This document shows, piece after piece, positions 1 to 14,989 of a DNA stretch of 64,000 nucleotides. Both the position numbers and the translations under genes were made by a program. The stretch is from Auanema rhodensis. Taxonomy: Eukaryota; Animalia; Nematoda. The DNA lies in NCBI GenBank assembly GCA_964057225.1, contig OZ059895.1:7378001-7442000 (forward strand), given 5' to 3'. Numbering within the stretch: the first letter of the stretch is position 1; each line of letters opens with the position of its first letter. The notes beneath the pieces are model-generated. The model saw nothing but the letters and a program-made list of their open reading frames with translations. It made no database searches and was not told the origin of the DNA.

Positions 1-3000
1 CATCCATACTAGGTGTGGTCTTCATTTCGCCTTCAGATTCGCACCGACTAACAGATGAACCATCCGTTCTGGAATGATGATTTAAAATAATTAGTCAAAC
101 AAGAGTTATAACATACTGGTCGTGAGAAGCTTCGCTACTAGCTGATGGTGATATTGAGGAGGTGGCATCTGTTGTGGGTTTTGGATCGGGACTTCCAACC
201 ATGTCATCATCTTTCTTTTCATCCAAATCACTGAACAATTTGATAAATTCATTAACTTTCATAAAATAGCTAACCTGGTTGAAGCAGGGGGTGGACTTCC
301 GGCTGTAGAAGACGATTCAGTGGCTGTAGCAGGCTTTACACGAATTTCTTCAGCACTTGCTAACTGCTTTCCCAAAAGCTGCGCAAGGTTGAATGGAGTA
401 GTGGCTCCTACACCTGTACCCGTAGCACATTGGTCGCCGGAAAACGGTTGAGGAAAGAAAGGAAACAGCGGTAATCCACTAGGGAAACCGCCATTGGCAG
501 TGATGTTAGAACCAGCTTGAGGTAAACCAGGAATTCGTCCTGTTAAAGCTTGACGATGTTCGGCCATATGGGCTTGTAGTTGCCCAGGAGTCATACATCT
601 GAAACAATGAGTCAGTGTCCTATTCTATAAGATTACGTCACAAACCGTTTCTGACAGATAGGACAATGCTGTTGAGGCTGAAGTGCGGCTAAAGGTAGAT
701 GAGCACTAAGAGGTGGCATCTGAGGAATCTGAACACCATTCAAAGGCAATGGAACACCACGGAATGAATGCTTTGCCCGATGTACTCCCATATGAGTTTT
801 CAAGTTGCCCTTTGTGGTAAAGGCTCGTTGACAAATTTTACATTTGAATGGCCGTTCACCTAAAAATATAAATTATATGTTATAGTAAGCAACATATTGA
901 GTAAATATGATATAACATATAGTATAAAACTAACCTGTATGTGTTCTATAATGCATTTGAAGAGCACTTTTACATGATAAAACCCGTCGACATAGAATAC
1001 ATTGATTGGGATCCGTAGTTGGCATTGCTTTATCTCCTACCAAAGCACGTATCTTTTCAGCTTCATCCGTAGTTGAAATCTAAAATCAAATAATAATAAA
1101 TATAATATAGTATATATAAGTATAATTATAATAATATTAATGGATAATTATTGATTATAAAATATAAATTACAATTAGATTATCTATATAAAACATACAA
1201 TTTATGTGAGATATGTAGAATAATAATTGAATAGATTATATTTTTTTTTTTTTTGTATAATAGATAGAATATTGGAAAAATTATTAATTTTCTCAACTAT
1301 ATGTATATTTCTAATTGAATATTTTGATAATATTTGAAATATAAACATATAGATTAGCAGATTATAACATTACAATCTGTTGATGATGGAGGTCGTCCAG
1401 TAACTTTTCGTTTTTTTTTGTTGGGAACGACGACAAGTACAACGAGAGCTAGTTGGCTCGCTTTAGTGATGAATCAAAAATCTTTTTTTTTTGTTGGTTC
1501 TTTTTTGAAAAAAAAAATGTTAGAGAGAAAGTGAGAAGAGAGAGGGAAAGAACTAAAGAGAGAGAGAGAGATTGAGAGCTGGCGAGTAGATAGTTTGTTG
1601 TATTCGGACGTTGAATAATCGATTATCAATAAATTATTATTATATACAAAAATTTGAGTCTAAAAACTGAAAAAAACGGAATAGATAACGATAAATAAGT
1701 AGAAAGAGAGAAAGAAAGACATAGAGTATAGAGAGAGAGAGAGAGTGAAAGAGAGAGAGAGAGAGATTGAATGATGCTACCGAATATCAAATTTCATTTT
1801 TTTATCTAATAAACTATATTTATCTTAATGCTTAGAAACAGTTGATATTCAATTCTATTAATAGTTTTTTTTCTGTTGGAAATGAATATCAACTATTTTC
1901 CATACGTGATATACAATTTGTATTTGAAATTTGAAATTAAAAGGGATCTGATGAGCGACGAGAAACAAATTTAGTCACTTTGACATAGTATTTTCAAACT
2001 TCAAGTTTACAGAGTACATCAGAAATAGAGGTCAAGTTGTTCAAGTTTTGATGAGGATAAAGAAGTTTTATTTTAATTTTGGTTTGAACATACCTCCATT
2101 AAAGCTTCCCAGTCATCTTCATTGTTGATTTCCGGGCGAGATGAGCCATTACCGGATGATGGAAAGAGATCTGCTCTTGGACCATCAAATGGTCGCATAA
2201 AAACTAAAAATAAATTATATCATATAGTATTGTTTGTTGTTTTTTTTTTGATTTTTCCAGAAAAAAAAAAGTTATTCTTACATGGTGAAGCTGTTGGATG
2301 TCCGAACGGATTCAACAGTGGAAACATCGGCGCGGAGGTGGGCGTGGTGGGGCAGCCGGACATGGAATGTAGTGAGGCTCCATTTGGTGTATGCGAATCG
2401 CCAGTAAAACCGGCTGCAGCTGCTGCTGCTGCTGCTGCTGCAGACATATGCACGTCCGTAGGTGAATCGGAATCTAAGGAGCCGGCCGTTTTGGCTAGCA
2501 GATCGGCTGCAGTCAAGCCGTGCTGATGTTGTTGAAATAGTTGATTGAGCAAGCTGGCGGAATTTGGCATGAGCATGGCGCCAGCGCCATCTTCAGCAAG
2601 TGAGCTGCTTAACGGCCGCTCGTCTTCCGTCTCAACAATGGAGAAGCTAGGACCAGCCTGGATAGGTACAGAACCACGATCAGCATCAGGATTATCAGAT
2701 GATGAACGTTCAGCTCCAGCTGATTGTGATCGCATAGGTTGATCGCAGTCATGCTCAGCAATCTAAAATAATCAGAATTAGGAATAAGCATGATAGAAAA
2801 GTGATAAGACATATCGAGTCAAGTATTTTACCTGATCTCTATCACAAAATCGTTGTCCACATCCATCACACTGTAGCAGCTTATCATTTGAATGATCTTC
2901 CATCAGATGCCACAGATGTGCACCCTGTGAGCTGAAGCACTGCAACAACACAACTTTTAAATCGATTCGATTGGTTTTCAAATAATTTTCGTGATTTTAA

Positions 3001-3596
3001 TCGTTTAATTGGAGCGAGAAGAAAGGAAAAAATAGAAAAATCGAAGAATATGAAGGAATCATAAAATATTTTTATATTCTTCTTGTCTTCTGAATTGATG
3101 ACTACCATCAGAACATCTTCTTTTTCCTTTTCCACCCCCCCCCCTTTAACCCAACAACCCCCCACTTCGACGTATCAATTTTGATGCCAAAAGTCCTTCT
3201 AATTGTCTAATACTCTCCAAATACCGTGTGATATATCACATAAGCAGGTCCGCAACTTCAGAAGAGTTTTATGATCGTTTTTCAACTTATATGAAATTAC
3301 GAAGGCGCCATTTGTTTACGATTCTTTCTCTCGCCCAATTCTCTCTATCTCTCTCTCTCTCTCTCTCTTATTCTCTCTTTCTCTTTCCCTCTTATTCTTT
3401 TTCCCTCTTTATCTTGTTACCTCTCATTCTCATCTTCCCAGTTCTCTCTTTCATTCCCTGCAATAACCTCGGATTCTAACGATCTAGAGACTATACATGT
3501 ATGTATATTTCGATATGTTGATGTAATTTCATGAAAAATCAACATAAAAAGAAAAAACTTTCAACACTAACTATAACCCGAAAGAGAGAGAGAGAG

Positions 3597-3686
<90 letters not shown>

Positions 3687-6600
3687 TTCATAATACCTAT
3701 GGTTATATGGCTAGATTGCATAAAGATATGAAGAAAACATATTTTTTTCTTCAAAATGTTACTTTATATTCAATACAATACCACATGTTCCATTAACCGT
3801 AACCAGTAGACGTTACGGTCTCTCTTTCTATCTCTCTCTCTCTCTCTCTCGCTGTCTCCCCCTCTCTCTCTCTCTCTCTTCATTATGTTCTTCAGAAGTA
3901 CAATCGTTTGATACATTTGCATTCTAGTACTTTTTCATATCTAAAACGAATAGTATTTCTAGAGAATGAAATAGTTGACGATGAAAAGTTTGAATTTAAT
4001 GTGTCATCGTCATCAAATCATGTTGAGGATAATGGCCGTTAACGATGACAAGCTAATCACATAGACGATGAGATGAAGCTTTACTGGTTAATCATATACA
4101 ACACCTGAATGTCCTTCAATACATCTTCAGAATTACATGTTTCAATCAGAGAATTTGAAGAAGTTCGGAATCTTCTTTCATATGACATTCAGAATGTTTT
4201 CTCTGTTTCGTTGTCGTCTCCAATCTTCACAAACTAATTTTCACTTTACTGCTATACTGAATGACAAGCTAAATGGTTTTGTGTGATCATTTCAACACCA
4301 TAATTAACATCATCCATCCTCTATTCGTTCGTCTAACTTTATATGGAATTTTGATGTCAATTCTATATATTGATTATTCACAATAACTATCTTTCAAAAT
4401 CTATTTCGTCACTTCTTCACATTTCACTCAACAACTTCTGACATTGCTTACAGCTTAAAGCTTAAATGCTGTAACCTAGATATTTGAACAATTATATAAA
4501 ATATTCTACTAACTATATACAGATGTATGTCAGTTTAAATATTATATATACAGTTTACCGTATACTATACGGTTCATAGTTTTCTTGAAATACGCATAAA
4601 TCCATTTCAACTATCTTATCTATTTCAAGATATATTTAACTTTAAAATCGATATTACAGTTCTTAGATTCTGTATATCAAACTGAATTATCTTTTTAGAT
4701 TTAATTATATTAACTAATTATTAATATAAACTATTATTGTAAATAAGTAATAGAACGTACTTGACCACATCCACTTGCAGCACATACGATAACATCCTTC
4801 TTCGGAGTACTTGGAGGTGTAACATCCATACCCTCATCTATTGTTAACGTACCCGTGTCTTGTTCAGCATCTGTCATTGACATATCATCATGCTGAAGCT
4901 GTTGTTGCTGTCTAGCAGCTAGCTGTGCACACAACGTCAAAATCTGAAATTCAAATCAACATATATACAGATTGTTCTGTTATCATTATTCATGAAGCAT
5001 GATGCACAATCTTCTTACCTGTTGTGGCGTAGCAATCGAAGCTAATGATTGAATCAGTAAGTTCTTTCCGCTCTCATCCAGCATCTTATCCATCAGAGCA
5101 GCTGCTGAGCCGGCCGTCGCTGTCGACAGATCCATAGGCAAAGTGGACGTGTCGTCCACGCCTTCCATATCTTCTGACAACTCCGAACCTGGAATATATA
5201 ATTTGAATTCAAAACTATATTGAAAATTAAAAATTAGAGAGAAGCCAGAAAATTAAAAGATAGTTGTTAAGTTGAATATACAAAACAAAACAAAAATAAA
5301 TAAATTATAAATAAAAGCTTGTGTTGTGATTAGCCAAGACGACAAAGTGTTGACAAATGGATAGAACGAGATCAAATTGTTTCAAATTTGGTTTTGAAAG
5401 AAGAAAAATAAACAAATAAACAATACAATCAATAGTAAAATATAAAAAATATTTTCTAAAAATCTTAATTATCAAAACATTTTCTGATATTTCATATACC
5501 ATAAACCATACAAGACCATTTCTTTCTCCCTCTCTCTCTCTCTTTCTCTCTCTCTCTTTCTCTCGCTCTCTCTCTCTCCCTCTCTCACTCTTTCTCTCTG
5601 TCTTTTCCTCTATTTCTTCTGAACAAATTCAACTTCTGGTCATCAAATCGTCAACATCATCATCATTATCAGTTATCAATGAAAAAAAGTCGAAGTATTA
5701 CTGAAATTGGTCATCGTCGCCACGATCAATCAGATGACCCGTTTTATCATTTTTATCAATTCATTTCCTTTTTCGGCTATTTCATGTATCAATTAGTAGT
5801 CCGTTCGTCAACCATTTGTCATTATTGATAAGCCGTGACGACGAAAATGACTGATGATCAAGCTTCAGCATCTTATTCTCTCTCTATCTCTGTATGTTTT
5901 TCATAAATACCGATTCTTTTTCCTAAATAAACTGCGTTGTAGTTTATATTGCCTCAGGCTATTCATTTGTATTATTTGATTACAAACTACAGATCTGTTG
6001 AAGCATTACTGCTTACAGTTATATAAAACCTAGTAGACATATGTAGATGTACCGAAAGTGATAGAATCTAAAAGCACAACCATAAAGTTCATCTGATGAA
6101 TAAGAAATGAGATATATTCACGTAAATCTACGTCATTTTACTAATTGACGTCAAACTTTCACGTTGTTCAGAATAAAGACGAAAATACCTTATTTTCTTT
6201 TTTTTTTCAAATTATTATTAGAATTCACATAATATTGATTATATAAAAAATTAATTATTTAGAATTATGTTTTGTATATTGTAATTTCAGATATTTCATT
6301 AACTATGCTAACCTTTATACATTAACTCATCCAAGAATCACAGTAATCTAAGATGAATTTGACGTCAGCATTGACGTCAAATTTCTATTGTTGTAACTAC
6401 TTCAGTAACCTTATTCATCTAGTCAAACACTGCTGTAGAGTCAACTGTCGAAAAAAATATTTTTATTCAAGAACATGAGCAAGAAGAAGACGAAGAAGAA
6501 GCTTGAATGCGCTTTAGCAACGGTATGGCTCATCTTACAGTCGATAGGCGCATACCGACACGTGACTTCCGTTCATTGCGTTCATATAAACAGCGTCAAC

Positions 6601-8159
6601 TGCATCATCATCATCATCAACATCGTTATCATCGTTGACAGTTCGGATGCTGTAGCTGATCATGCTGATCATGATGTTGCAGCTGCTGAATGATTAGAAC
6701 ATGGTCATTGCTGATAGTCGTGGAGACAAGCCATCGTCCTCGTTCGAAGTCAAAAGAGTTGACGCAAACCGTCACACTATCATAGATATTAGAACAACGC
6801 TGCATTCAGATGTTCAGTAAAATTCAGATGATAGATGATGACAACATCTTCAATGTCTATAATCACAATTGAATTTAAGCGACGTTTTTAACTATTTCAT
6901 CTCATTTATTGTCATTGTTAGATGATACTTTCCGGTTGACCTGCTAGTTTGAAAGTTGAAAAATGAGAAAGATAGAGTATGATAGTGAGAGAGAGAGAGA
7001 GAGGGGGGAGAGAGATAAAGATAAAGAGAGAGAGAATAAGTCAGGAAGAACGTTTCTGATAATCAGGAAATAGAAATTCAAAGAAAAAAAATAATAATTT
7101 CTTAATTAAATTGTAGATATTGATACTGAAGATGATGTGAAGTGACGGTACAACAGATGATGATGATGACGACGATGACGTTTAAACATCTTCAGAAGTT
7201 ATCAACGTATGTTGAGGTCATATTAACGCAAAAATGATGAAACAAAGTTCTTTTTCAAAAATTTGTAAAATCTACCTTTCTTTGATAAAGTATAAAGTAT
7301 ATACTATATAATTATATAAAATATAGTTAACTAGTAAGTAAAAAATAAAGAAAAAGTATAAAGAAAGTAGAATATAAAGATAAAAATAATATTTTTTCAT
7401 ATAGTTTTACATGTTTTTCATATAAAAATTTTGATGAAGAAAGTACAAAAATTAAGGAAAAATAATAGAAAAAGGTTAGAGATTAGAAAAATGGATTAAT
7501 GTGAGGAGTGGTTGAGACGACTTTGCTGTCCTTGTATGGTGGCCAGAACATTGTTAATTCTTCAAAAATTTTAATAGTTTTTCTTAAAATCTTCTAGTAC
7601 TCTCCGCCTTTTTTTCTTTTCTCGATTATAATCTCTCATGTCCTCCATTTACATTTGTATTCTCTTTATATTTTCTAGCTGTCCCTTCTCTATTTCTCTC
7701 TATCTATCTGTCTATCTATCATTCCTGTTCTCTCCCTCTCTCCCTCTTTTTCCTATTCCTCTCTTTCTTAAATGTATCTGATTTCTTTAACAATCAAATC
7801 TCCTTTTTTTTTACTTTTTTTTATCCAATTTTCGTCAATTTAAAAAATGAAAAAAATGATGAAAAAACATCAAATTTCTTGACAAAATCTTCTATCATCA
7901 CATGTAATAGTTTGAAAAAAATGGTGATGAATCAAGTCTCATTTGAATTTTTAAATTTTTAAAGAATATTCTATAATAGTTTAGTTAATATAATAATTAT
8001 TATTAAATATTATAATATTTGTATTTATATAATAGTAAATAAACTTTTGAATATTTAGAATATCTAGTTATATTTGAATAATTTGAAAAATAGAAAAGCT
8101 TGAATAGTCATCTTTGATTGATTCTTCTATTCTTTTCTTATTGTTCTATGGAATCATAA

Positions 8160-8218
<59 letters not shown>

Positions 8219-11068
8219 GAGAGAGAAGAAAAAAAGGACATTTAAAAAGAAAAAAAAGAAAATACTATAAGGATTAAAAGAAAAAAAAAGAATAATAGTT
8301 TTGAATGTTGCTAGTTTTGATTATGTCGTTTGCATCGAATCAGATTCTCTTATTCTGAATCGGCAACCGCATTTGGTCGTCGGTTTATGACCAAAAATTG
8401 TTGTTTTCGATACGCAAATTGATCATAAAAAGCCGAATAGTTGTTCCAAGGAATGATGCAACGTCGTCATACAGAAATTCTAAACTTCTACCAACTTCTG
8501 CCGTGTTGTAGCCACGGTCGACATCGCCGTCGCCGTCGTCGTCGACTTCGATGTCGTTGATGCTACCCCCGACGTCACGCAACATAATTTTCCACAAAAT
8601 TTTTATGGAAACTGTCGCCGTCGAGGTCATCTGAAGTCAATAACTGTTGCATAAAGCTAATTAAAGTAAAAAACTTTATGATGTATGACAACAATGTCGT
8701 TCATGCTGCTGCTGACAGCGACGACACCGACAACGATGATTTCAGATGACAATCGTAAGCAAATCAACAAAATCTGAATTTTATCGTCAGAAGCAGAAGC
8801 TTCTAAATACTAGTAAATATTTAGCTCTCAGATTTAGATAATGAAAATTGAAGATGAAAAACATGAGGCAGATGTTTCGAAAAATCGTAAGCTCTTTGCA
8901 AATACATTTTTAATTAAATTTTAATAGCTTGTTCTACGTTCTTTCCTCCATTTTCATTATAGCATCTGCTTTTTAAACATTATCGTTGTTTCTTCTTTAG
9001 TTCTTCCTCTCTCTCTTCCCCCCCCCCCACTCTTCATTCCTACTGAGGATTATTTCAAACAATAATTTTCACTAAACTAAAATGGAAAAGAAAATAATTG
9101 AAAATAGATGAAAGATAATCTTAAATATCATTTTTATATGTATAAATACAGTAATCTTACACATATATAATGATATCTTAACTATACTATATGTATATAG
9201 TTCTGTTTGAATTATAAAATCCTCATATTCTTTGATGTTGATGATGAAGTAAGAATGAACCTCGTCTACAAATATCGAAACAAATTAATTATATTCTCAG
9301 ATAATAATGCTGCAGAATAAGTTGTAGACTAAGATTTTTTTCTTATTTTTTCTCTTCAATCATCATTTTTTCCTAACAATTTCATATATGAATCATCATC
9401 ATCATCATCATTTTACATGAAGAATCGCCATACAAAAATTATGTTTTTTCCATAAAACTACCGTATACCTCAAATTACAAATTATACATATATAGTATTA
9501 TATAATAATATAATTTCATAATTAGAAAATAGGATAAAATATATTTTTGAATTAAAATTTTTTTACAATAATGCTGATGATGCTGACGATGATGATGATG
9601 ATGATGATGTAGGTGATGCTGGTACTGATGATGGTGATGAAAATTAGCGATAATTAAATTAAATCATCTACTAATATGCAATAATCAATTTTCCTTTTTT
9701 TTTTATTTCATCTTAACCTTTTCATTCAATTCTTTTCATTTTATTTCCTCATTATGTTTTAACTATCTTTTAATTTTAACTACTAACTATTCAACTTAAT
9801 ACTAGTATATACTTAACTATACTATTCTTCTAATTTCTCTCACTATATAGACAATTTTTTCGTTTTATAACAAATAAAAATTAAAGTCTTTCTTTTCTTT
9901 TACGTGTCGGAATCAAATCAAAGAACAACAAACTAATGTTGTCGGTACACATACATATACAACTTAGGCTTAAACTTAGATTGAAATGACAAAAAGCATT
10001 GTTAACTATATGTTATAAAGTACATAATGTTCATATAGCTGACTTGATTTCCGATAAGATGATGATTGAACATCAAACATGATGATAATGAAATAGAAAA
10101 TGAAAAGAAAAACGATAAGAAGATGAGAAGATGAAATACAGAAGAAACATTGACGTCGTGTGCCAATGTCGATTTTCATATTAATATGAATCAATCAAAA
10201 GCTATGTATGAGATGAGCGACGACGACGATGTCACGACGACAGCGGGAGATGGACAGAATGAAGACTAAGAGGACGATGCTATAGGATTCTGGTGATTAT
10301 AATGACACTGACTGACTAGACAATCAAAAAGAATTGATTAAGGAAAGGTACAGAGAGATTGAACGAAGAAGAGACAATGAGACCTGGAGTAACCTAAAGA
10401 TTGTCACCGAGTTTAACTAGCACATCGTCAAGTGATTCAGAAGTAATAGAACAACTAACTATTATAAGAGAATAATACTCTATTCATATTTCATATTATT
10501 GAAGTTTTAAAGTTCTTTGATGAATTTGATGAACATAAACTATATTAGAGATGTTCAGTAAATGAGTATTCTTTCGTTTATTTGTTGATTTTTCTCTTTT
10601 ACTTTTGTATATTTTCAATATTTTAGAATATATATTGAAGAAACAACATGTTATGAAGAGAGTCCGTTTTGAGACAAAGAGAGAGAGAAAGAGAGAGCGG
10701 TGAAACATAGAGGGAGAGATAACTCAGGTGGTTGTTAAAAGAGAAGCGAAAAGAACTAATATGATTTCGAAACTTCAACAGCCTTCGTAAACAGCTTTAG
10801 AATTGTATTTAATGGTAAAGCCATTTATGAAAATACTCGATGATGTTCCCCTTCGTTAATGACATCGCTTTTATCGTCCCGTATATGGAAAAATGAATTG
10901 TCTAATAGCAAAATTTCGACATATAGAAAGATAGAAACGGAAATTGAAAAGTTGCTAGAGGACCAGAGAATGAGAAGGAGAGAGGGAGTGAGAGAGAGAG
11001 AGGAAGGGAGGAAGAGAGGGAGATTAAAAATGATATATACTTATATGTGAATATGATAAGAGGGAGAA

Positions 11069-11117
<49 letters not shown>

Positions 11118-14100
11118 AGTTAATAGGTGAAAGGTTGGCTGACGGAAAGGAGAGAAGACATAGAGAAAGGTGAGAAATAGTAGCCAAGACTGACAGAACT
11201 CCATACCAGTTGTCATCTTATCATCATCGCTCAGCAAATGCCATATATGAACAGATGAAGATGATGATGATGATGAGCGAAGAACTGCAACTGACATGAC
11301 ACAGACACAAAACAACATCATCGACTAGGACATTGGTGATGATAAAGACGTAGACATCATTATATTCTATCAGTTGTCTTATCCTCTTATCGCTGTTAAT
11401 GTCGTTGTTCGAAATTCTGATAGTTGCCTTATATACTCAAACACATACAGAGAGAGAGAGAGAGAGGGGGGGGGGAATGAATGAGGTTTATCAACCATAT
11501 ACTTTGTTCTATTTTATATTTTTCTCTCTTTAGATGTTTTGATTTCTAAAAAAGAACTATGTATATCTTTTGATGTTGAGTCCCTCGATTTCATGAACTT
11601 AAACTTCGATCAAGCTTCAAGTTTTTCATCATCTACTTCACGTAATTTAGCGTGTAATGCCTGTATAAACTTGTTTTGTTGTCGTGCCATCTTCTTCACG
11701 GCAGGTTGCCTCATTAAGATGCAAATTTTTGAAAAAATTTTAAATTCTTAACCGTCCTTTTTCAATTTTTTAATGGTCAAATTGACATCAAATGCAAAGA
11801 GTTTAATGATAGGCCAAATATAGATGAAATACTATTGTATGACCTTGGACGGACAAGGTACTTCTTCTAACCTCCTCATACAACTCATTCACATGTTATA
11901 GCTTTAGTATGATGTATGTTAAACATAAATTATCTATAAAGAAAATCAAATGATCATGATATTCATGAGAATCTTCAGAAGTTTCTCTTTAATATTCAAA
12001 GATTTTAGAAAAATCAGCTTCAATCCTCAAAAGGAATTTTCACCTAAATAGCTTAAACGATATATAATCTCATGCAACATAGTTCATAGTAACCGTCTTA
12101 TCTCTCTCCTCTTTTTCTCTGTTTATCGCCCTTTTTCTCTCTAAACATACTCCGGCCATTTCTCGCTACACAAATTTATTTTTTATGAGAAAAAAAAACT
12201 TGAATGTGTCAATTCAACCTAAAAAAAAAGAAAGAAAATTAAGAAAAATGATTGAAAAGACATGTTCAAGCCAATTAAAATTCAAGAAAAAATTGATCAT
12301 TTCATGTGTTCGTATGAGTGTTGGATTTCTTTTTTTTTTATTTCAAAACGATTTTTCAATAGACACGTAATAGAATAGAAAAAAATAGAAAAGTTCAAAT
12401 GAAATAGTCTTCGTTTCAAATAATTTTTCCAGAAAAAAAAAATTTTTCGTTGTCGGCATGCTCTTGTATGAGATGATAATGAAATCATTTAGCTTACATG
12501 TTGATGATTCAGACTTCTCAAACATCAAAAATTCTTTTAGAAATTGAAAAAAATCATTTTGAATCCAGTTTCTCTTATTCTTTTATAAAATTAATTTTAT
12601 TCTTTTATTATATATAATCTTTCTTTTGATTCTCTTGTAACATTCCCTTTACTCTGATATTTCATCTCATTTGTTTCAAATATTTCAGGTAAGGTGGCAT
12701 GTTTCTTAAGATTTGCATCGTAGATTTGGCTTTTACGGCAAGGGCATTTCAAGGAAAAAAAAGATGATGAAGATGACGATGATGATGAGACAATGAATGA
12801 ATGATTTTTAACTTTTCTTTTATTCTTTTAAAATTAAAAGAAGAATATACATACATATATGGATGAGAAATATCAAAAAAAAGTTCTTGAAATGACATGG
12901 CTGTATGTTGTCAGATAACAATCTTTTTTAAAATAATCGATTTATTAGATGGTACAACGAATTGTCGTCGTTGTCGTCATCATCATCATCATCATTATCA
13001 TCATCGTCGTCGTCGTCGTTCATAGAAACACTACTGTTGCTGTTTTACACGATGTCTAGGCTATCAGTAACACGTGTATGAACACATATGAACAATATGA
13101 TTCTGAATACGTGATCTGTACACAGCTCAGCTGTTACTTCAACAAAGTTGCGAAAGATTTTGAAGATTAGGATAGAACTCGTGTATTTGCCGCAAAATAC
13201 TTTTTAGTCCTTCCTCGTCCCTGCTTCCCTTTCTCTCTTTTCAAACATTAAACGAATCATCTTTAATCGTTTCATCATCTTCATCATATACAGATTTTTA
13301 ACTTTAACTAAAATTAGATAATTTCAAAAGAAAAGGTCATCATGTTTAAGCAATAGCTATAGATTTAATAGTTTCAAAAGCTATCAATGTGATTTATTTG
13401 AAATTAAAAAAAATAAAAAGAACGAGTTTATATTTTTATTTATTTCATTTGAAATTAATATTTTCGTCGTTTTCTTCTACCTAAAATCATTTTTTTTATG
13501 AAAAAAGATATCTTCTCTTTTCTTATTTCCCTATATGTATATAAGTTCTTTTCATTCATTATTTTTTTAGTTTAGACTCATTCATTAGGCTTTGTTCAAG
13601 TTTTTTCATAGAATAGGCGGAGCTTGGTCTCTCTCTCTACGCTTGAACATCATATTCGTTCATCATTCAAGCATATTGCCACTGTATGTCTGTCTCTAAC
13701 CAGCCAGTAGTAGCAGTCACTCTGTAACATCCTCCTCCCACTCTGACTTACTCCCCCTATCCCATCATCGTATTCTCGTATTGGTCATTTCTTCATATAT
13801 CTCTGTCTTACTCTCTCATTTTGACTATGTCTCTCATATATACCGCGGAGCATACGGTAATAAGCGGAGACATAGCCAATTCATATGTTGAAAGTCGTGA
13901 GAGACAGGAATGATGAATAATAGAGATTACTGTAGGTCGCGGATGAGCATGACCAAAGAAAAGAAAGAAATGGATTAAGAGGATAGTTAACCAACAATGA
14001 AGAACAATGATGAAACAATGATTCATAAATATTGAATATGTCTATTTCAGAGACATTACGGAAGATAGAGAGAGAGAGAGAGATAGAGAGATAGAGAGGG

Positions 14101-14924
14101 AGTAGAGTGGAAACAGAGAGGCAGAGGGAAATAGTATAATGAGGGAGATAAGGTAAGAGGTTGAAAAGAAAAAAAAGGTGGAAGTAATGATGAAAAGTGC
14201 CGATATGAAAAAAGACGAAAGACAAGAGACTTGCTAACATAATATATTGAAAAATTGAAGGTCGTCGCTTCAGTTGCTTCGATGTTGATGTTAGCACCCT
14301 GTTTCTACCTAATTCTACTTTCATCATCATCATCATCATCATCATCATTACCCTCTACCTCCCCTTTTCCTCGATTTTCCCGCTTACCTTTCACCTCCTT
14401 CTCTCTCTTTCTCTCTGAATCTTTTTCGCTAACCTGTCGTAATTCTCGACACCATCTTTGCCCAAGACCGCTATCTCTCTTCATAATTTCTCCTTCTCCC
14501 TCTCTCTCTCTCTCTATCTCTCTCTATCTCTTTTTCTTTTTGTTTCAATATCTCCCTCTCAATGTATGTATCAGCTCTGATGTACGATTGAAAATACACG
14601 GAAAAGGCGTTTACATTCCACGTGGTCATCGTCGGTCATCTATATGTCCTCATACTTTTTATCTTTAAAATCATTTATGTTTTTCAGTCTTTTCGCCAAG
14701 TTTTAAGTAATTTGAAACATTTAGTCCAAATAAAAGAAAAAAAAAGGATTTTTGAAAGACTACATGTCGATATGTGTGGGAATAGCCACTATGAAAGATA
14801 AATGGAAATAGGCAGAATTGAAGAAAGATTATCGGTTTCAATTGAAGTGAATTGAACAATTGAGGATAGAAATATGGTACTGAACGGTTAATAAGAACAC
14901 TGAGAAAAGAAGGAAAGAGAGATT

Positions 14925-14989
<65 letters not shown>

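Noticed and set aside
2122-2742. Plus-strand ORFs of 134 and 65 aa
   Set aside because: Antisense shadows of the GC-rich sem-4 exon 5.
6520-6600. Alternative first coding exon of sem-4
   Set aside because: Candidate ATG-donor combinations give phase 0 or 2, whereas exon 2 needs phase 1.
9964-9981. TTAGGC-TTAAAC-TTAGAT, telomere-like
   Set aside because: Only one true TTAGGC unit; compatible with chance.
12683-12693. TTTCAG|GTAAG recursive-splice-like site
   Set aside because: On the strand opposite sem-4, with no supporting plus-strand exons.
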